A stretch of DNA of 64,000 nt from Patescibacteria group bacterium (GTDB taxonomy: Bacteria; Patescibacteriota; Patescibacteriia; UBA1558; GWA2-36-10): contig JAQUKX010000003.1 in the NCBI GenBank assembly GCA_028718865.1, forward strand, positions 33,214-97,213, written 5' to 3'. This document shows positions 50,992-62,979 of this stretch, piece by piece. Position 1 is the stretch's first letter, and each line of letters begins with the position of its first letter. Both the position numbers and the translations under genes were made by a program. Below the pieces are notes generated by a model, which was not told the DNA's origin, searched no databases, and saw nothing but the letters and a program-made list of their open reading frames with translations.

Positions 50992-53541
50992 ATGTATTTA
51001 GAGAAGTTAGAAATTCAAGGATTTAAATCTTTTGCCAATCCAGTGGAATTGGTTTTTAACCGCCAGCTGACTGCTATAGTCGGCCCAAACGGTTCGGGTA
51101 AATCCAATGTGGCTGACGCTGTGCGCTGGGTTTTGGGCGAGCAGAGCAATAAGACTTTGCGCAGCAAAAAAGCCGAGGATGTTATTTTTGCCGGCTCAGA
51201 CAAAAAAAGCCGCTTAGGCTTTGCCCAAGTGAGCCTTTTTCTCAACAACGCCGGCCGCCAGGCTGACCTTGATTATGATCAGGTAGTTGTCAGTCGTCGG
51301 GTGGAGAGAAACGGCGAAAGCGAATATTTGATAAACAACAACAAAGTCCGCCTGCTTGATGTCCAGCTGCTTTTGGCCAAAGCCAATTTTGGCCAAAAGA
51401 CTTATAGTGTTATTGGTCAGGGCACAGTTGACTCTATTTTATTGTCTTCAGCTCAGGAGAGGAAAGAGTTTTTTGACGAAGCCACCGGCGTCAAACAGTT
51501 TCAAATAAAAAAAAGCCAGTCGGAAAATAAATTGACTGCGGCTAAAGAAAATTTGGCACAAGGCGATAAAATTCTAGCTGAGCTGGAGCCAAGATTGCGC
51601 AGTTTGACTCGCCAGGTCAGGAAATTGGAAAAGCGGGAAAAGCTCCAAGTTGAGCTGAGGCAAAAACAGACTGATTATTACAGTTTTTTGTCTTTTGGCC
51701 TAAGCAAGGATTTAAAAGAAAAAAAAGAAATTTGCCGCGGCCTAGAAAAGGAGGCGTCTGATCTCAATCAAAAATTGGTGGAAATTCAAACTGCTTTAGA
51801 CAAAGAAAGCCGAGCTTCTTCCCGTCAGGAAGTTTTTGAAGAGCTCCGCCGCCAGCTAGCGGCCGGCCAGGAAAAAATAAACAGCCTGCTCAAGAAAAAA
51901 GCAGTTTTAGAAGGTCAAGGCGACCTCAAGCTGATTGCCAAGGGTCAAGGTGATTTGGTCTGGCTGGGCAAAAGAGGCGAAGAAATAGAAAGAGCTTTAA
52001 AAAACAGCCAAAATTTGCTGGCTGAAAAAGAAAGAGCCGCCCAGAAAGCAATTGCCGAGCTGGCGACTTTAGAAGAAAATCGAGCCAGAATTCTTTTGGA
52101 ATTTCAAGAGCTGGAGGACAAGCTGCTCAATCAAGATTTGCCACCGCAAGAGCTAGCCAAAAAAATGGAAGATATTTGCCGCCAGCAAGATGATTTTGAA
52201 AAGTCATTGGCCACTATCAGCAGCCTAGAAGAACTGTCGGCTTTGCGCGATGCTTGTCGCCGTCTCAATCATGATTTGCAGGAGCTCTATGGCCGGATAA
52301 AAAACAACAGCGATAAAGATCGTTCTTTGTGGCAAAAAGAATTCAATCAGCTTTTGTCAACCAAGGATAATCTAGTGTCAGAAATCAGCGGCGCCAAAAC
52401 CAAAAAAGCTTTGCTGGAAAGCGACTGCCAGCGCCTCCAAGAAGAAATAAAAAATCTCCAAGCCGAGCGGACAGCGGTGCAAAAAGATAAAAAATTGCTA
52501 GCTGGCCAATCTGATGCCGATAGCGATCTGGCCGGCCAGCTGGCTGAACTGGATAAGGTCATTGCTCAGGAAGAAGTCAATCTGCAAAAGAGCGAAGAGG
52601 AGATAAAAAATTTCAATCAAGAGGAAGAGAACAAGCGCCGGCAGCTTTTGGAGGCGCAAAAAGATTTCCAGGGCTTGCAAAATTCGTTTAACCAAAAAAA
52701 CAGCCACTTGGGTGAAATCAAGGTAGAATTGGCTAGACTGGAAACTCGGCAAGAAGAGTTAAATAAAGAAATATCTCAAGAAGCCGCTAGTTTTGATCTG
52801 CGGCCGGTAGATGATTTGAACCCGGAAAAAAGCAAAGCGGAAATTTTGTCTTTGAAAAATCAATTGGCTATTATTGGCGGCATTGATGAAGAAGTGATAG
52901 ATGAGTACAAGGAAGTCAAAGAGCGTTATGATTTTTTGAAAAATCAAAGCGAGGATCTCAAAGAAGCTATCAGTCATTTGGAAAAAATTATTAAAGATCT
53001 GGATCAGTCTATTGCTTCTCAGTTTGATCAGGCCTTTAAAAATATCAATAAATATTTTAGCGAATATTTCAAAAAATTGTTCAATGGCGGCAAGGCCGAG
53101 CTGATTTTAAATATTGAAGAAACTAAATCAGAAAAAAATAATTCAGCAGAAGAAGGCGGTCAAGTAGAAATTGAGATCAAAAAACAGTATGGCATAGAAA
53201 TCAAAGCCACACCGCCGGGTAAAAAGCTCTCCAGCATCAACATGCTTTCCGGAGGAGAAAAAGCCCTGACCTCCATTGCTCTTATTTGCGCTATTATTGC
53301 CAATAATCCTTCGCCTTTTGTGGTTCTAGACGAAGTGGACGCGGCTTTAGACGAGGCCAATTCCATTCGTTTTACGGAAATTTTGGGAGAGCTGTCCAGC
53401 AAAACTCAGTTTATTACCATTACTCATAATAGGGCAACAATGTATAAGGCAAAGATTATCTATGGTGTGACTATGGATGATGAGGGTGTATCGCGTCTTT
53501 TGTCCATGAGTTTTGAAGCGGCTGACGAAATTGCCGCTTAA
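50992..53541 (+). CDS. smc: SMC-family chromosome segregation ATPase (short, 849 aa).
   Basis: N-terminal Walker A GPNGSGKSN; long coiled-coils; C-terminal LSGGEKALTSIALICAI...VLDEVDAALDE signature/Walker B. The antisense track ORFs within it are spurious. Confidence 0.8.
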   Translation: MYLEKLEIQGFKSFANPVELVFNRQLTAIVGPNGSGKSNVADAVRWVLGEQSNKTLRSKKAEDVIFAGSDKKSRLGFAQVSLFLNNAGRQADLDYDQVVVSRRVERNGESEYLINNNKVRLLDVQLLLAKANFGQKTYSVIGQGTVDSILLSSAQERKEFFDEATGVKQFQIKKSQSENKLTAAKENLAQGDKILAELEPRLRSLTRQVRKLEKREKLQVELRQKQTDYYSFLSFGLSKDLKEKKEICRGLEKEASDLNQKLVEIQTALDKESRASSRQEVFEELRRQLAAGQEKINSLLKKKAVLEGQGDLKLIAKGQGDLVWLGKRGEEIERALKNSQNLLAEKERAAQKAIAELATLEENRARILLEFQELEDKLLNQDLPPQELAKKMEDICRQQDDFEKSLATISSLEELSALRDACRRLNHDLQELYGRIKNNSDKDRSLWQKEFNQLLSTKDNLVSEISGAKTKKALLESDCQRLQEEIKNLQAERTAVQKDKKLLAGQSDADSDLAGQLAELDKVIAQEEVNLQKSEEEIKNFNQEEENKRRQLLEAQKDFQGLQNSFNQKNSHLGEIKVELARLETRQEELNKEISQEAASFDLRPVDDLNPEKSKAEILSLKNQLAIIGGIDEEVIDEYKEVKERYDFLKNQSEDLKEAISHLEKIIKDLDQSIASQFDQAFKNINKYFSEYFKKLFNGGKAELILNIEETKSEKNNSAEEGGQVEIEIKKQYGIEIKATPPGKKLSSINMLSGGEKALTSIALICAIIANNPSPFVVLDEVDAALDEANSIRFTEILGELSSKTQFITITHNRATMYKAKIIYGVTMDDEGVSRLLSMSFEAADEIAA

Positions 53542-53567
53542 ATTGGGTATAAAATAATAAAATCCGG

Positions 53568-53673
53568 CTTAGCGTCGGATTTTTACATTGACAAAAATAT
53601 AAATCTTCAGTTATGATTAAAATTGCCGTGCCCTAAAGGCAATTAATAAAAACTCTCGTTCCAAGGAGGAAAG
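53568..53673 (+). promoter_or_regulatory. Consensus promoter and SD for 53674-53880.
   Basis: ACATTGACAAAAATATAAATCTTCAGTTATGATTAA (TTGACA-N17-TATGAT) and CAAGGAGGAAAG-ATG. Confidence 0.5.
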
Positions 53674-53880
53674 ATGACTGCTCAAGCCGCTGCCAATAAC
53701 GGGATCGAAGATCTGTTGGTTAACCACAATGTGGTAGCCATCACCTTCAACGATGGTTTCGTCCAGGTGAGTAAGATCACCAGCATCAATCAGACCAAGG
53801 GCACGGTTCGCTTCATTCCCTTTGCCGGCCAGCCACAGAGCCGGCTGCTGGTGGACATCCAAAAAGTCCACATCGCCTAG
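53674..53880 (+). CDS. Small GC-rich (~55%) protein; self-contained unit outside the array.
   Basis: 68 aa. Terminator CAGCCCAGCCGCTCTCAAGTGGCTGGGCTAAATTTTTT. The overlapping ORF 53617..53871 minus is spurious. Confidence 0.5.
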   Translation: MTAQAAANNGIEDLLVNHNVVAITFNDGFVQVSKITSINQTKGTVRFIPFAGQPQSRLLVDIQKVHIA

Positions 53881-54016
53881 TAGTCAGCCCAGCCGCTCTC
53901 AAGTGGCTGGGCTAAATTTTTTATTTGACAAATCAGTTTTTAACGATTATGTTTTATTTGTTTGTCAATGTCCTTTGTCACTGAGGTGTCTGTTTTCTCT
54001 AACCAGGAGGCTGGCC

Positions 54017-54397
54017 ATGAGTTACTTTCTTTTGACTATCAATGCTCTTTCTGAAGCAGAGAAGTCCGATTCTGGCAACCCGTTGTTTGGGGCGGTTATT
54101 ATTTTTATTATGGCGATTTTGATACTTTGTATTTGGTTTACGGTAAAACCACCAAGAAAAAGCAGGGAAACAAAATTGGGCCACCAAGCTTCCGTTGAGG
54201 AAGTCTGGCAAATTATTTTGGAACTCAAGTCCAAACGCAAGCGCTCTTTTTCCGCTTTCTATATTTCCGAAAAAATACAAGGAAGTAATACTAGGCAGGT
54301 AGGCCAGGTTCTTTTGCAACTAGTAGACCAAGGCAAGCTAGAGAGGGACTATGGCGATTGTGTTCATGAAGAAGTGTTTCTCATCGTTTACGACTAG
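54017..54397 (+). CDS. Hypothetical membrane-anchored protein.
   Basis: Start MSYFLL with SD CCAGGAGGCTGGCC-ATG; one TM (VIIFIMAILILCIWF). The track ORF 53822..54397 begins upstream within the previous gene's terminator. Confidence 0.5.
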   Translation: MSYFLLTINALSEAEKSDSGNPLFGAVIIFIMAILILCIWFTVKPPRKSRETKLGHQASVEEVWQIILELKSKRKRSFSAFYISEKIQGSNTRQVGQVLLQLVDQGKLERDYGDCVHEEVFLIVYD

Positions 54398-54451
54398 ATA
54401 TATTGGCTTTGCCTCAGAATAAATCCAGCGACCGCAAGGCCGCTGGATCTT

Positions 54452-55291
54452 TTATTTTCCGTAAACGTTTTTTAGAAGATCAAGGTTTTTACCACTGTCT
54501 CTCAAGTAGCGGACATTGAGGTCGCGCAACTTGGCGCAAGCTTCTTTTTCTTCGGGAAGGTCATTTTTTTCCAGCATTTCTATAAAAGCTTCAAAGTCCT
54601 TGATAAAGCAATGCCCGCCAGCGCCGCGTCCGCCTTGGTGTATCACTGACAAGTGAGTCGGGCCAATACGGGGATCAGCTGAGAGAGCTTCTTTGATAAT
54701 TTCAAAATCCAAATTGTGCTTAACTATCAAATCATAAAAAATATTCATAAACACTACTTTGAAATAAAACCAGCAATTGCCGCCATATTTGATCATTTCG
54801 GCATTTTCGCAAGAAGTAATTAGATTGTAAGGCGCCGGCGGCAAAGTGCTCATGACTAACTCAGCTTTTTGGTAGAGATCAGCATTGTTGATATCGGTGA
54901 TACCGACAATATTTCTATTGGGATGGCGAGCATCATAGGCCGCGGTTTTTTCGGTTAAAAATTCTGGACTATGCATGATTTTTATTTGTGGATAAAGCGC
55001 CTGCATTTTTTGGGTAGTGCCCAGTTGAATAGTGGATTTTATGACAGCGATTTTTCCTTTTCCGATTAGTCCCAGCACTTCTTTAAGAATTGAGTCATCA
55101 AAACCTTTGGGGGTGGTGGGGGTAGGCACGGCAATTAGAGTGATATCGCAAGCCTTAATTTTTTCTTTGTTATCTTTGTATTTTTCAATATCATAGCGGA
55201 CTATTTGATATCCGCGATTTTCAAAATCATCGGCATAGTTTTTGCCGATAAAACCCTGGCCAATAAAGCCGATAAGCGGTTTGTTTGCCAT
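54452..55291 (-). CDS. UDP-glucose/GDP-mannose dehydrogenase-family protein (short).
   Basis: 279 aa; N-terminal GFIGQGFIGKNYA Rossmann; catalytic-Cys motif GAGGHCFIKD (compare GGxCxxKD). Confidence 0.6.
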   Translation of the reverse strand: MANKPLIGFIGQGFIGKNYADDFENRGYQIVRYDIEKYKDNKEKIKACDITLIAVPTPTTPKGFDDSILKEVLGLIGKGKIAVIKSTIQLGTTQKMQALYPQIKIMHSPEFLTEKTAAYDARHPNRNIVGITDINNADLYQKAELVMSTLPPAPYNLITSCENAEMIKYGGNCWFYFKVVFMNIFYDLIVKHNLDFEIIKEALSADPRIGPTHLSVIHQGGRGAGGHCFIKDFEAFIEMLEKNDLPEEKEACAKLRDLNVRYLRDSGKNLDLLKNVYGK

Positions 55292-55551
55292 TTTTTTGAC
55301 TCAATTATTAAAATTAACTGCTTAATTATAGCAATTAGTTAAATATTGTCCATCTTTATCAATCATTTTTTTGTTAGTTTGGTATTGACAAAGATAGAGC
55401 AAATATAGTAATATTGACCCCGTTATTATAAGGGCGTATAGCATATGGCTAATGGCCGAAAAAAGTAATATAGATTATAAATTATATTAAAGATAAACAG
55501 CTTATAGAATTGTATACCATTGGCAACAAACTATAAGTCATAAGCAAAATT

Positions 55552-55953
55552 ATGTTAGCAATCAGATTTCAAAGAACAGGCCGAAACAAACAACCTTATT
55601 ATCGGGTGGTAGTTTCGGAAAAGACCAAGGATATGTATGGCCGGCATTTGGAGATTTTGGGCACCTACAATCCCCGCAGCAAAGAGATAGCTCTGAAAGT
55701 TGAGCGGATTAAATATTGGCTGGAAAAAGGAGCGCAAGCTTCCGATGTTGTTTTCAATCTTTTTGTCCGAGAAGGGATACTGGCCGGCAAAAAGAGAAAA
55801 GCCGTGGCTATTTCCAAGCGCCGCCAAGCCAAGCAGGCCGAAGCGCAAAAAGCCAAGGAAAAAGACCAAGTTCCAGCTGATCAAGTTGGCAGCGAATCTG
55901 AGTCAAAAACAGAGCCTGAAGCAAAAGCCGAAACTGAGTCAAAAACAGAATAA
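55552..55953 (+). CDS. rpsP: 30S ribosomal protein S16 with a C-terminal K/E-rich extension.
   Basis: MLAIRFQRTGRNKQPYYRVVVSEKTKDMYGRHLEILGTYNP... Confidence 0.85.
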   Translation: MLAIRFQRTGRNKQPYYRVVVSEKTKDMYGRHLEILGTYNPRSKEIALKVERIKYWLEKGAQASDVVFNLFVREGILAGKKRKAVAISKRRQAKQAEAQKAKEKDQVPADQVGSESESKTEPEAKAETESKTE

Positions 55954-56039
55954 AATTGACCTTTGAAATAAATAACGCTATAATTGATTTGAAGTATTTT
56001 TATTAACACTTAATTAAGAAGATAATTAACCAAAAAGAA

Positions 56040-56342
56040 ATGGACGATAAAGCATTTTTAGAGACCGTTGTCAAAGCTTTGGTCGACAAGCCGGAAGACG
56101 TAGTAGTCGAAAGGAATATCGACGAAAGAGTCGTTCTTTTAACCTTAAAGGTTAACCCAGAAGAAATGGGGAAAATTATCGGCAAGCAGGGCCAGACTGC
56201 CCGCTCCCTTCGCACTTTGTTGCGCATCATTGGCAACAAAAATAATTCCTATGTAAACCTCAAGGTTTACGAGCCGGAAAAAGAAGGTCGCAGCGGCGGA
56301 CAGCGTTCGGAAGCTAACGACGTGGACGATCTCAAATTGTAA
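56040..56342 (+). CDS. khpA: KH-domain RNA-binding protein (KhpA/YlqC-like).
   Basis: 100 aa; GKIIGKQGQTARSLRTLL KH GXXG loop; located between rpsP and trmD. Confidence 0.75.
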   Translation: MDDKAFLETVVKALVDKPEDVVVERNIDERVVLLTLKVNPEEMGKIIGKQGQTARSLRTLLRIIGNKNNSYVNLKVYEPEKEGRSGGQRSEANDVDDLKL

Positions 56343-56431
56343 TATAAATTTGTACATAAAAATCTTGAAAGACCCCGGGCTGTAAGTCTAGGGGTCTTTC
56401 GTTTTTTCATGATTTATAGTATTTTTACTTT

Positions 56432-56863
56432 ATGAAAATAACTATTTGTAGCAGTTTGGATTTTTCTCAAGCAGTAGGCGAGGTAGCCAAAGAGTTAAAT
56501 TTGCTCGGTCACCAGATTTTTTTGCCAGCTACGGCAGAAAAAATATTACAAGGGCAGGTCAAATTAGAAGACATTAAAAAGGCCAAGGCTGACGGCAGTA
56601 TTGCTAAGCAGGCTATAGAAAATAATGTCATTATGACCCATTACAAAAAAATACTAGCTTCAGAGGCTATTTTAGTTTTGAATTATTCCAAAAACAATAT
56701 AGCCAATTATATAGGCGGCAGTGTTTTTTTGGAAATGGGACTAGCTTATGTGAATAATAAAAAAATATTTTTATTAAATAACATGCCAGACATGCCTTAT
56801 TCAGATGAGCTCTTGGCTATGGAGCCAATAATTTTAAGCGGTGATTTAAAGAGAATTAAATAA
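56432..56863 (+). CDS. Hypothetical protein occupying the usual rimM slot; weak resemblance to the nucleoside 2-deoxyribosyltransferase-like fold.
   Basis: 143 aa; GGSVFLEMGLAYVNNKKIFLL resembles the xGTxxEIGxAxAxGKPV motif. Low certainty. Confidence 0.35.
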   Translation: MKITICSSLDFSQAVGEVAKELNLLGHQIFLPATAEKILQGQVKLEDIKKAKADGSIAKQAIENNVIMTHYKKILASEAILVLNYSKNNIANYIGGSVFLEMGLAYVNNKKIFLLNNMPDMPYSDELLAMEPIILSGDLKRIK

Positions 56864-56864
56864 T

Positions 56865-57584
56865 ATGAAATTTGAAATACTGACAATTTTTCCGGACAGC
56901 TTGGACAGTTATTTTAATTGTTCTATTTTGGCCAAAGCTCAGCAGAAAAAATTGATTAGCATAAATACTCACGACATCAGAGCCAATTTTACTGATAAGC
57001 ACAAACGGGTTGATGATACGCCTTATGGTGGCGGGCCAGGCATGGTTATCCAAATAGAGCCGGTTTATAAAACTCTTAAAAAAGTTTATCCCGGCCTTTG
57101 CCAAGGCTCTGGCTCTCAGGCGCGCAAAAATAAATCAACGCGGGTAATACTGCTGTCGCCTCAAGGAAAGACCCTTGATCAAAATGAAGTCAAAAGACTA
57201 GCCAAGTATAAAAAATTGATTTTGATAGCTGGCCATTATGAGGCAATTGATGCCAGAATTGATAATTTTGTTGATGAAAAAATATCTTTAGGCAATTTTG
57301 TCCTCACTGGCGGCGAGCTGGCGGCTGCTTGTTTGGTGGATGCGGTTTCTCGGTTGGTACCGGGCGTGGTGGGCAAAGAGGAGTCAGTCCAAGACGAGTC
57401 TTTTTCCCATTATGACAGCCAGACCAAGGAATTCAATGTGGAATATCCTCAATATACCCGGCCAGAAGTATTCTATCCCCAGGGTAAAAAAGGCCAAGGC
57501 CTAAAAGTACCGTCGGTTTTGCTTTCTGGCAATCATAAAAAAATAGAAGAATGGCGGGCTAGTCAGACCAAAAGCAAGTCTTGA
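56865..57584 (+). CDS. trmD: tRNA (guanine37-N1)-methyltransferase.
   Basis: 239 aa; MKFEILTIFPD...DDTPYGGGPGMV SPOUT/TrmD signature. Confidence 0.85.
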   Translation: MKFEILTIFPDSLDSYFNCSILAKAQQKKLISINTHDIRANFTDKHKRVDDTPYGGGPGMVIQIEPVYKTLKKVYPGLCQGSGSQARKNKSTRVILLSPQGKTLDQNEVKRLAKYKKLILIAGHYEAIDARIDNFVDEKISLGNFVLTGGELAAACLVDAVSRLVPGVVGKEESVQDESFSHYDSQTKEFNVEYPQYTRPEVFYPQGKKGQGLKVPSVLLSGNHKKIEEWRASQTKSKS

Positions 57585-58025
57585 CAAACTTCAATTTTTC
57601 CTCTATCATAGTGGAGCATTAATTTTAAGGTAAAAGCAAACGTAGCTGATTGAAAACAATTGATCCGTCTGCTGGCGGAGCAAATAAAAAGACAGTAGTG
57701 TCTAAAATTTTCAGACCTGGCTGTTTTTTCTTAACGTTTTTTCTTAAGTAGTTACCAGATCGGCTATTTGTCGCTTTGAGCTTAAAAATAGTTATTTGAC
57801 AATTTAAACATGCGTTTAATAACTTGGAAGTGATAGGTTTTTAGTCCCCTGTATTTTACAGGGTCCGCCTTAGGCGGAAATTCCAAATTTTTTTTCAAAT
57901 CAAATTTGAGCAAAGCTCAAATTCTATAAATTTTATTTAAGAGTTTTCCCGCCTTTGGCGGTGGGATCCTGTTGATTTTTATCTTTTGATAAAGATTAAT
58001 AAGATTTTACTCTTTCTTAAAACTT

Positions 58026-59605
<1,580 letters not shown>

Positions 59606-59816
59606 AGGAGTTATTTGTCGGCAATCCTCACGATTGACCGATAGTCGACCTTCCCTTTTTGGGAAGGAAATAGGCTAAAAACCTTCACTTCTAAGTTATT
59701 AAAATATTACCCCGCTAGCAGCGGGGTCTTTTATTAAAAAGGCTATTACTTCTTGTCAAAAATTAGTTTTTCTGTTATTATCCCCCTTGTTATGAAATTT
59801 TAAATTATTGTTTTTA

Positions 59817-59893
59817 GGGCATGTAGCTCAGCTGGTTAGAGCACTACACTGATAATGTAGGGGTCGGAGGTTCGAGTCCTCCCATGCCCACCA
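59817..59893 (+). tRNA. tRNA-Ile (anticodon GAT).
   Basis: GGGCATGTAGCTCAGCTGGTTAGAGCACTACACTGATAATGTAGGGGTCGGAGGTTCGAGTCCTCCCATGCCCACCA. Confidence 0.85.
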
Positions 59894-59966
59894 GGAATAA
59901 TTGTGTAATAGCACAATTGTTAATTGATGAGTGCTATTAACTTATTAATCAATTATGCAATTAAGC

Positions 59967-60051
<85 letters not shown>

Positions 60052-60074
60052 TAAAACATTCGCTTCGCTCAGGT

Positions 60075-60260
60075 TTATGGCGCAACCATTATATTTACAT
60101 CTGGTAGCGCCGTGAACTCGAGTCGCAAAGCGACGAGTAGTTCACGGGGTGTGGCGCCCGCGCCCGGTACGCCTACGGCGATAGCCGTGGCGGACGGGCA
60201 GTTTTCGCCAAAGACGAACCAGCCTCTGGCTGGTGCTAGCGTAAACGCATCATAAAACAA
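60075..60260. other. GC-rich (~62%) structured non-coding element inside the tRNA cluster.
   Basis: Long hairpin CCGTGAACTCGAGTCGCAAAGCGACGAGTAGTTCACGG, palindrome GGCGCCCGCGCC and hairpin CCAGCCTCTGGCTGG. A 5S-like GGCGATAGCCGTGGCGG motif is present, but the overall order does not fit 5S. The track ORF 60075..60260 minus is spurious. Confidence 0.3.
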
Positions 60261-60289
60261 ATATAAATTGTAATTTAATAAATTAACTT

Positions 60290-60366
60290 CGGGGTGTGGC
60301 GCAGTTGGCTAGCGCGCGTGCTTTGGGAGCATGAGGTCGGAGGTTCGAGTCCTCTCACCCCGACCA
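60290..60366 (+). tRNA. tRNA-Pro (anticodon TGG).
   Basis: CGGGGTGTGGCGCAGTTGGCTAGCGCGCGTGCTTTGGGAGCATGAGGTCGGAGGTTCGAGTCCTCTCACCCCGACCA. Confidence 0.85.
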
Positions 60367-60445
60367 ATTTAATACAATAGTTTAATAGCGTAATAGAATA
60401 ATTGCTATTAACCTATTAATCAATTATACAATTCTCAATTAGTTC

Positions 60446-60521
60446 GCGGGTGTCGTATAGTGGCTCATTATGTCAGCCTTCCAAGCTGAAGAGGGCGGTT
60501 CGATTCCGCTCACCCGCTCCA
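60446..60521 (+). tRNA. tRNA-Gly (anticodon TCC).
   Basis: GCGGGTGTCGTATAGTGGCTCATTATGTCAGCCTTCCAAGCTGAAGAGGGCGGTTCGATTCCGCTCACCCGCTCCA. Confidence 0.85.
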
Positions 60522-60591
60522 AGAAATTCGCCATAGATGGCGTTTTTTTGCTATACTTTTGCTATACTTAAAACATTATTAAAATAAGACA

Positions 60592-61134
60592 ATGACAAAA
60601 AATAATCAAAATTTTCATCATTTAAAATTCGCTAGCGATAGATACACTATCAATCAATCAGTAGCTGTACTTTGTGACGGCAATAATATAGAAATGAGCA
60701 TCCACGATGTTTCTAAAAACAAAAATACCATGATTGATTTTGATAAGGTTATTCCTCGCTTATTAAATGGCCGTGGTTTGAACAGATTATTGTATTTTCG
60801 GGAGGGAAGGTCTATTTCATCTAAATTTGCCGAAAGACTACACGAAAATTATTATGGATCGGTCATAGCTTGCCATAAATCAGCTGACATCCCCCTTACT
60901 ATCAAAGCCACTCAACTGGCTTCTAAAGTAGACACCATTATTATAATGTCAGGGGATTCAGATTATATAGACTTAGTGGAGCATCTCAAAGGCGAGGGAG
61001 TGAGAGTGGAGATAGCAGCAGTTAAAAAAACAGCAGCTCAAGCCTTGATTGAGGAAGCGGATTATTTTTATGAGATCACCAAAGAGGATTGGTTTGTCTA
61101 TAAAGCGCCTAGGCCATATCTGGGAAAAAAATAA
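60592..61134 (+). CDS. NYN/LabA-like domain protein.
   Basis: 180 aa; VAVLCDGNNI ... TIIIMSGDSDYIDLVEHLKGEGVRVEIAA matches the NYN (PIN-like) domain. Confidence 0.65.
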   Translation: MTKNNQNFHHLKFASDRYTINQSVAVLCDGNNIEMSIHDVSKNKNTMIDFDKVIPRLLNGRGLNRLLYFREGRSISSKFAERLHENYYGSVIACHKSADIPLTIKATQLASKVDTIIIMSGDSDYIDLVEHLKGEGVRVEIAAVKKTAAQALIEEADYFYEITKEDWFVYKAPRPYLGKK

Positions 61135-61342
61135 TTAGATAACAAAAAATCCTGCTAGCAGGATTTTTTGTTTGCTTTGTCTTTTTTATTTTTTCTTACT
61201 AAGATTGCTGTCCGGCTAAAAATTTATCATTATTAGCTAACACAGGCGTTTTTTGACATTACCTAAATTCATTGACAGGTTTATAAGCATGTGATATAAA
61301 TAAATGTTTTAGACAAGTTGTTCCTAGTCAAAGGAGGAGGTC

Positions 61343-61621
61343 ATGAAGCGTGAAGAGTTTGCGACCAGATTTCACTGGTCAAAGATGGTCTGGCTGGGCG
61401 GTATTATGAATGTGGCAGCTATGTTGCCACAGCTTATCAGTTTGATCAAGACAAAGGAGACAGCCGGACTGTCCATAGCCATGTTTTACATCTTTCTGGT
61501 AGTGCAAATAATCTTTGCCACGCAGGGATATTTTACCAGAAGCAAAGCCCAGCTCATCACCATGGTACTGAGTGCCATGGAATCAATACTTATCATTATA
61601 TTGATCAGTTCTTATAGCTAA
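61343..61621 (+). CDS. Small membrane protein, hypothetical.
   Basis: 92 aa, 3 TM; SD AAAGGAGGAGGTC-ATG. Confidence 0.45.
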   Translation: MKREEFATRFHWSKMVWLGGIMNVAAMLPQLISLIKTKETAGLSIAMFYIFLVVQIIFATQGYFTRSKAQLITMVLSAMESILIIILISSYS

Positions 61622-61718
61622 AAATACGATCCCTTCTCCAGAAACAGCTTAGTAGCTTCGGCAAAAGGCTGTTTTCTTTTTATTTGTCTTTTTTATTTTC
61701 TCTTGCTAAGATTTCTCC

Positions 61719-62927
61719 ATGGCAAATAAAAATCAGACACCTTTGGCCGATAGAATGAGACCCAAGAAATTGGAGCATTTTTTTGGGCAGGAAAATATTG
61801 TTGGTCAGGGCAAGATGCTCCGTCAAGCCATAGAGAGCGATAGCGTACCGCCAATGATTTTTTGGGGGCCACCCGGCTCGGGCAAGACTACTTTGGCGCA
61901 CATAGTAGCTCACTCTACCAATTCAGATTTTGTACAAATATCAGCGGTTACTAGTGGTGTAGCTGAGTTGAGACAATTTATCACCAGAGCAGAGCAAAAT
62001 AAAAGACTTGGTCAGCAGACTATATTGTTTATAGATGAGATTCATCGTTGGAATAAATCTCAGCAGGACGCTCTGCTGCCACATGTAGAAAAAGGCACTA
62101 TAGTTCTCATAGGTGCTACTACAGAAAACCCTAGTTTTGAAGTGCGGGGAGCTTTACTTTCTCGTTGTCGGGTTTTTGTTTTGGAAAGATTAGGTAAAGA
62201 ACATATTCGAAGTATCATAGAGCAAGCACTCAGCGATAAAGAAAATGGCCTGGGTAATTTAAAATTAAAGATTTCAGACAAGGTAAAAGATTTGATAGCG
62301 GATTTTAGCAATGGTGATGCTCGGGCAGCACTCAATGTTTTGGAATATGCGGCTTCTCTTAGCAAAAAAATTAGTGAAGAAAATATCAAAGAGGCTTTTC
62401 AAAAATCACATTTACTCTATGATAAAGATGGTGAAGAGCATTATAATATTATCTCCGCTCTGCACAAATCAATGCGTGGCAGCGATGCTAACGCAGCTTT
62501 GTATTGGCTGGCTCGTATGTTGGAGGCTGGCGAGGATCCGCTTTATGTGGCCAGACGCTTGGTGCGTTTTGCCTCTGAAGACATAGGCCTAGCCAATTCT
62601 CGTGCTTTGGAGCAGGCAGTGGCCGCTTATCAAGCCTGTTCATTTATCGGCATGCCGGAGTGCAATGTGATACTGGCTCAAGTAGTGGTTTATATGGCCA
62701 AATGCAAAAAATCCAATGATTTATACATTGCTTATGGCCGAGCAGCCAAAGATGTCAGAGAGCAAGGCAATTTAGCAGTGCCATTGCATATCAGAAATGC
62801 CCCGACCAAGTTGATGAAAGATTTGGGATACGGCAAAGATTATAAATATAGTCCGGAACATAATTATCAGGAAAAACAAGAGTATTTGCCCGAGGAATTG
62901 AAAAATAGAAAATATTTGAAAGATTAA
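61719..62927 (+). CDS. rarA: Replication-associated recombination protein A (MgsA/RarA AAA+ ATPase).
   Basis: 402 aa; MRPKKLEHFFGQENIVGQGKMLRQAI...FWGPPGSGKTTLAHIVA Walker A; C-terminal MgsA helical domain. Confidence 0.85.
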   Translation: MANKNQTPLADRMRPKKLEHFFGQENIVGQGKMLRQAIESDSVPPMIFWGPPGSGKTTLAHIVAHSTNSDFVQISAVTSGVAELRQFITRAEQNKRLGQQTILFIDEIHRWNKSQQDALLPHVEKGTIVLIGATTENPSFEVRGALLSRCRVFVLERLGKEHIRSIIEQALSDKENGLGNLKLKISDKVKDLIADFSNGDARAALNVLEYAASLSKKISEENIKEAFQKSHLLYDKDGEEHYNIISALHKSMRGSDANAALYWLARMLEAGEDPLYVARRLVRFASEDIGLANSRALEQAVAAYQACSFIGMPECNVILAQVVVYMAKCKKSNDLYIAYGRAAKDVREQGNLAVPLHIRNAPTKLMKDLGYGKDYKYSPEHNYQEKQEYLPEELKNRKYLKD

Positions 62928-62979
62928 AAACCCTGTTTATAGGGTTTTTTAAATAGTTTTTTTCTGCTATAATATAAAA

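Noticed and set aside
60075-60260. 5S rRNA call for the GC-rich segment between tRNA-Phe and tRNA-Pro
   Set aside because: It contains a GGCGAUAGC-GUGG-like stretch, but the order of 5S-like motifs is scrambled, the length (~150-185 nt) is too long and helix I pairing is absent. It was not annotated as rRNA.
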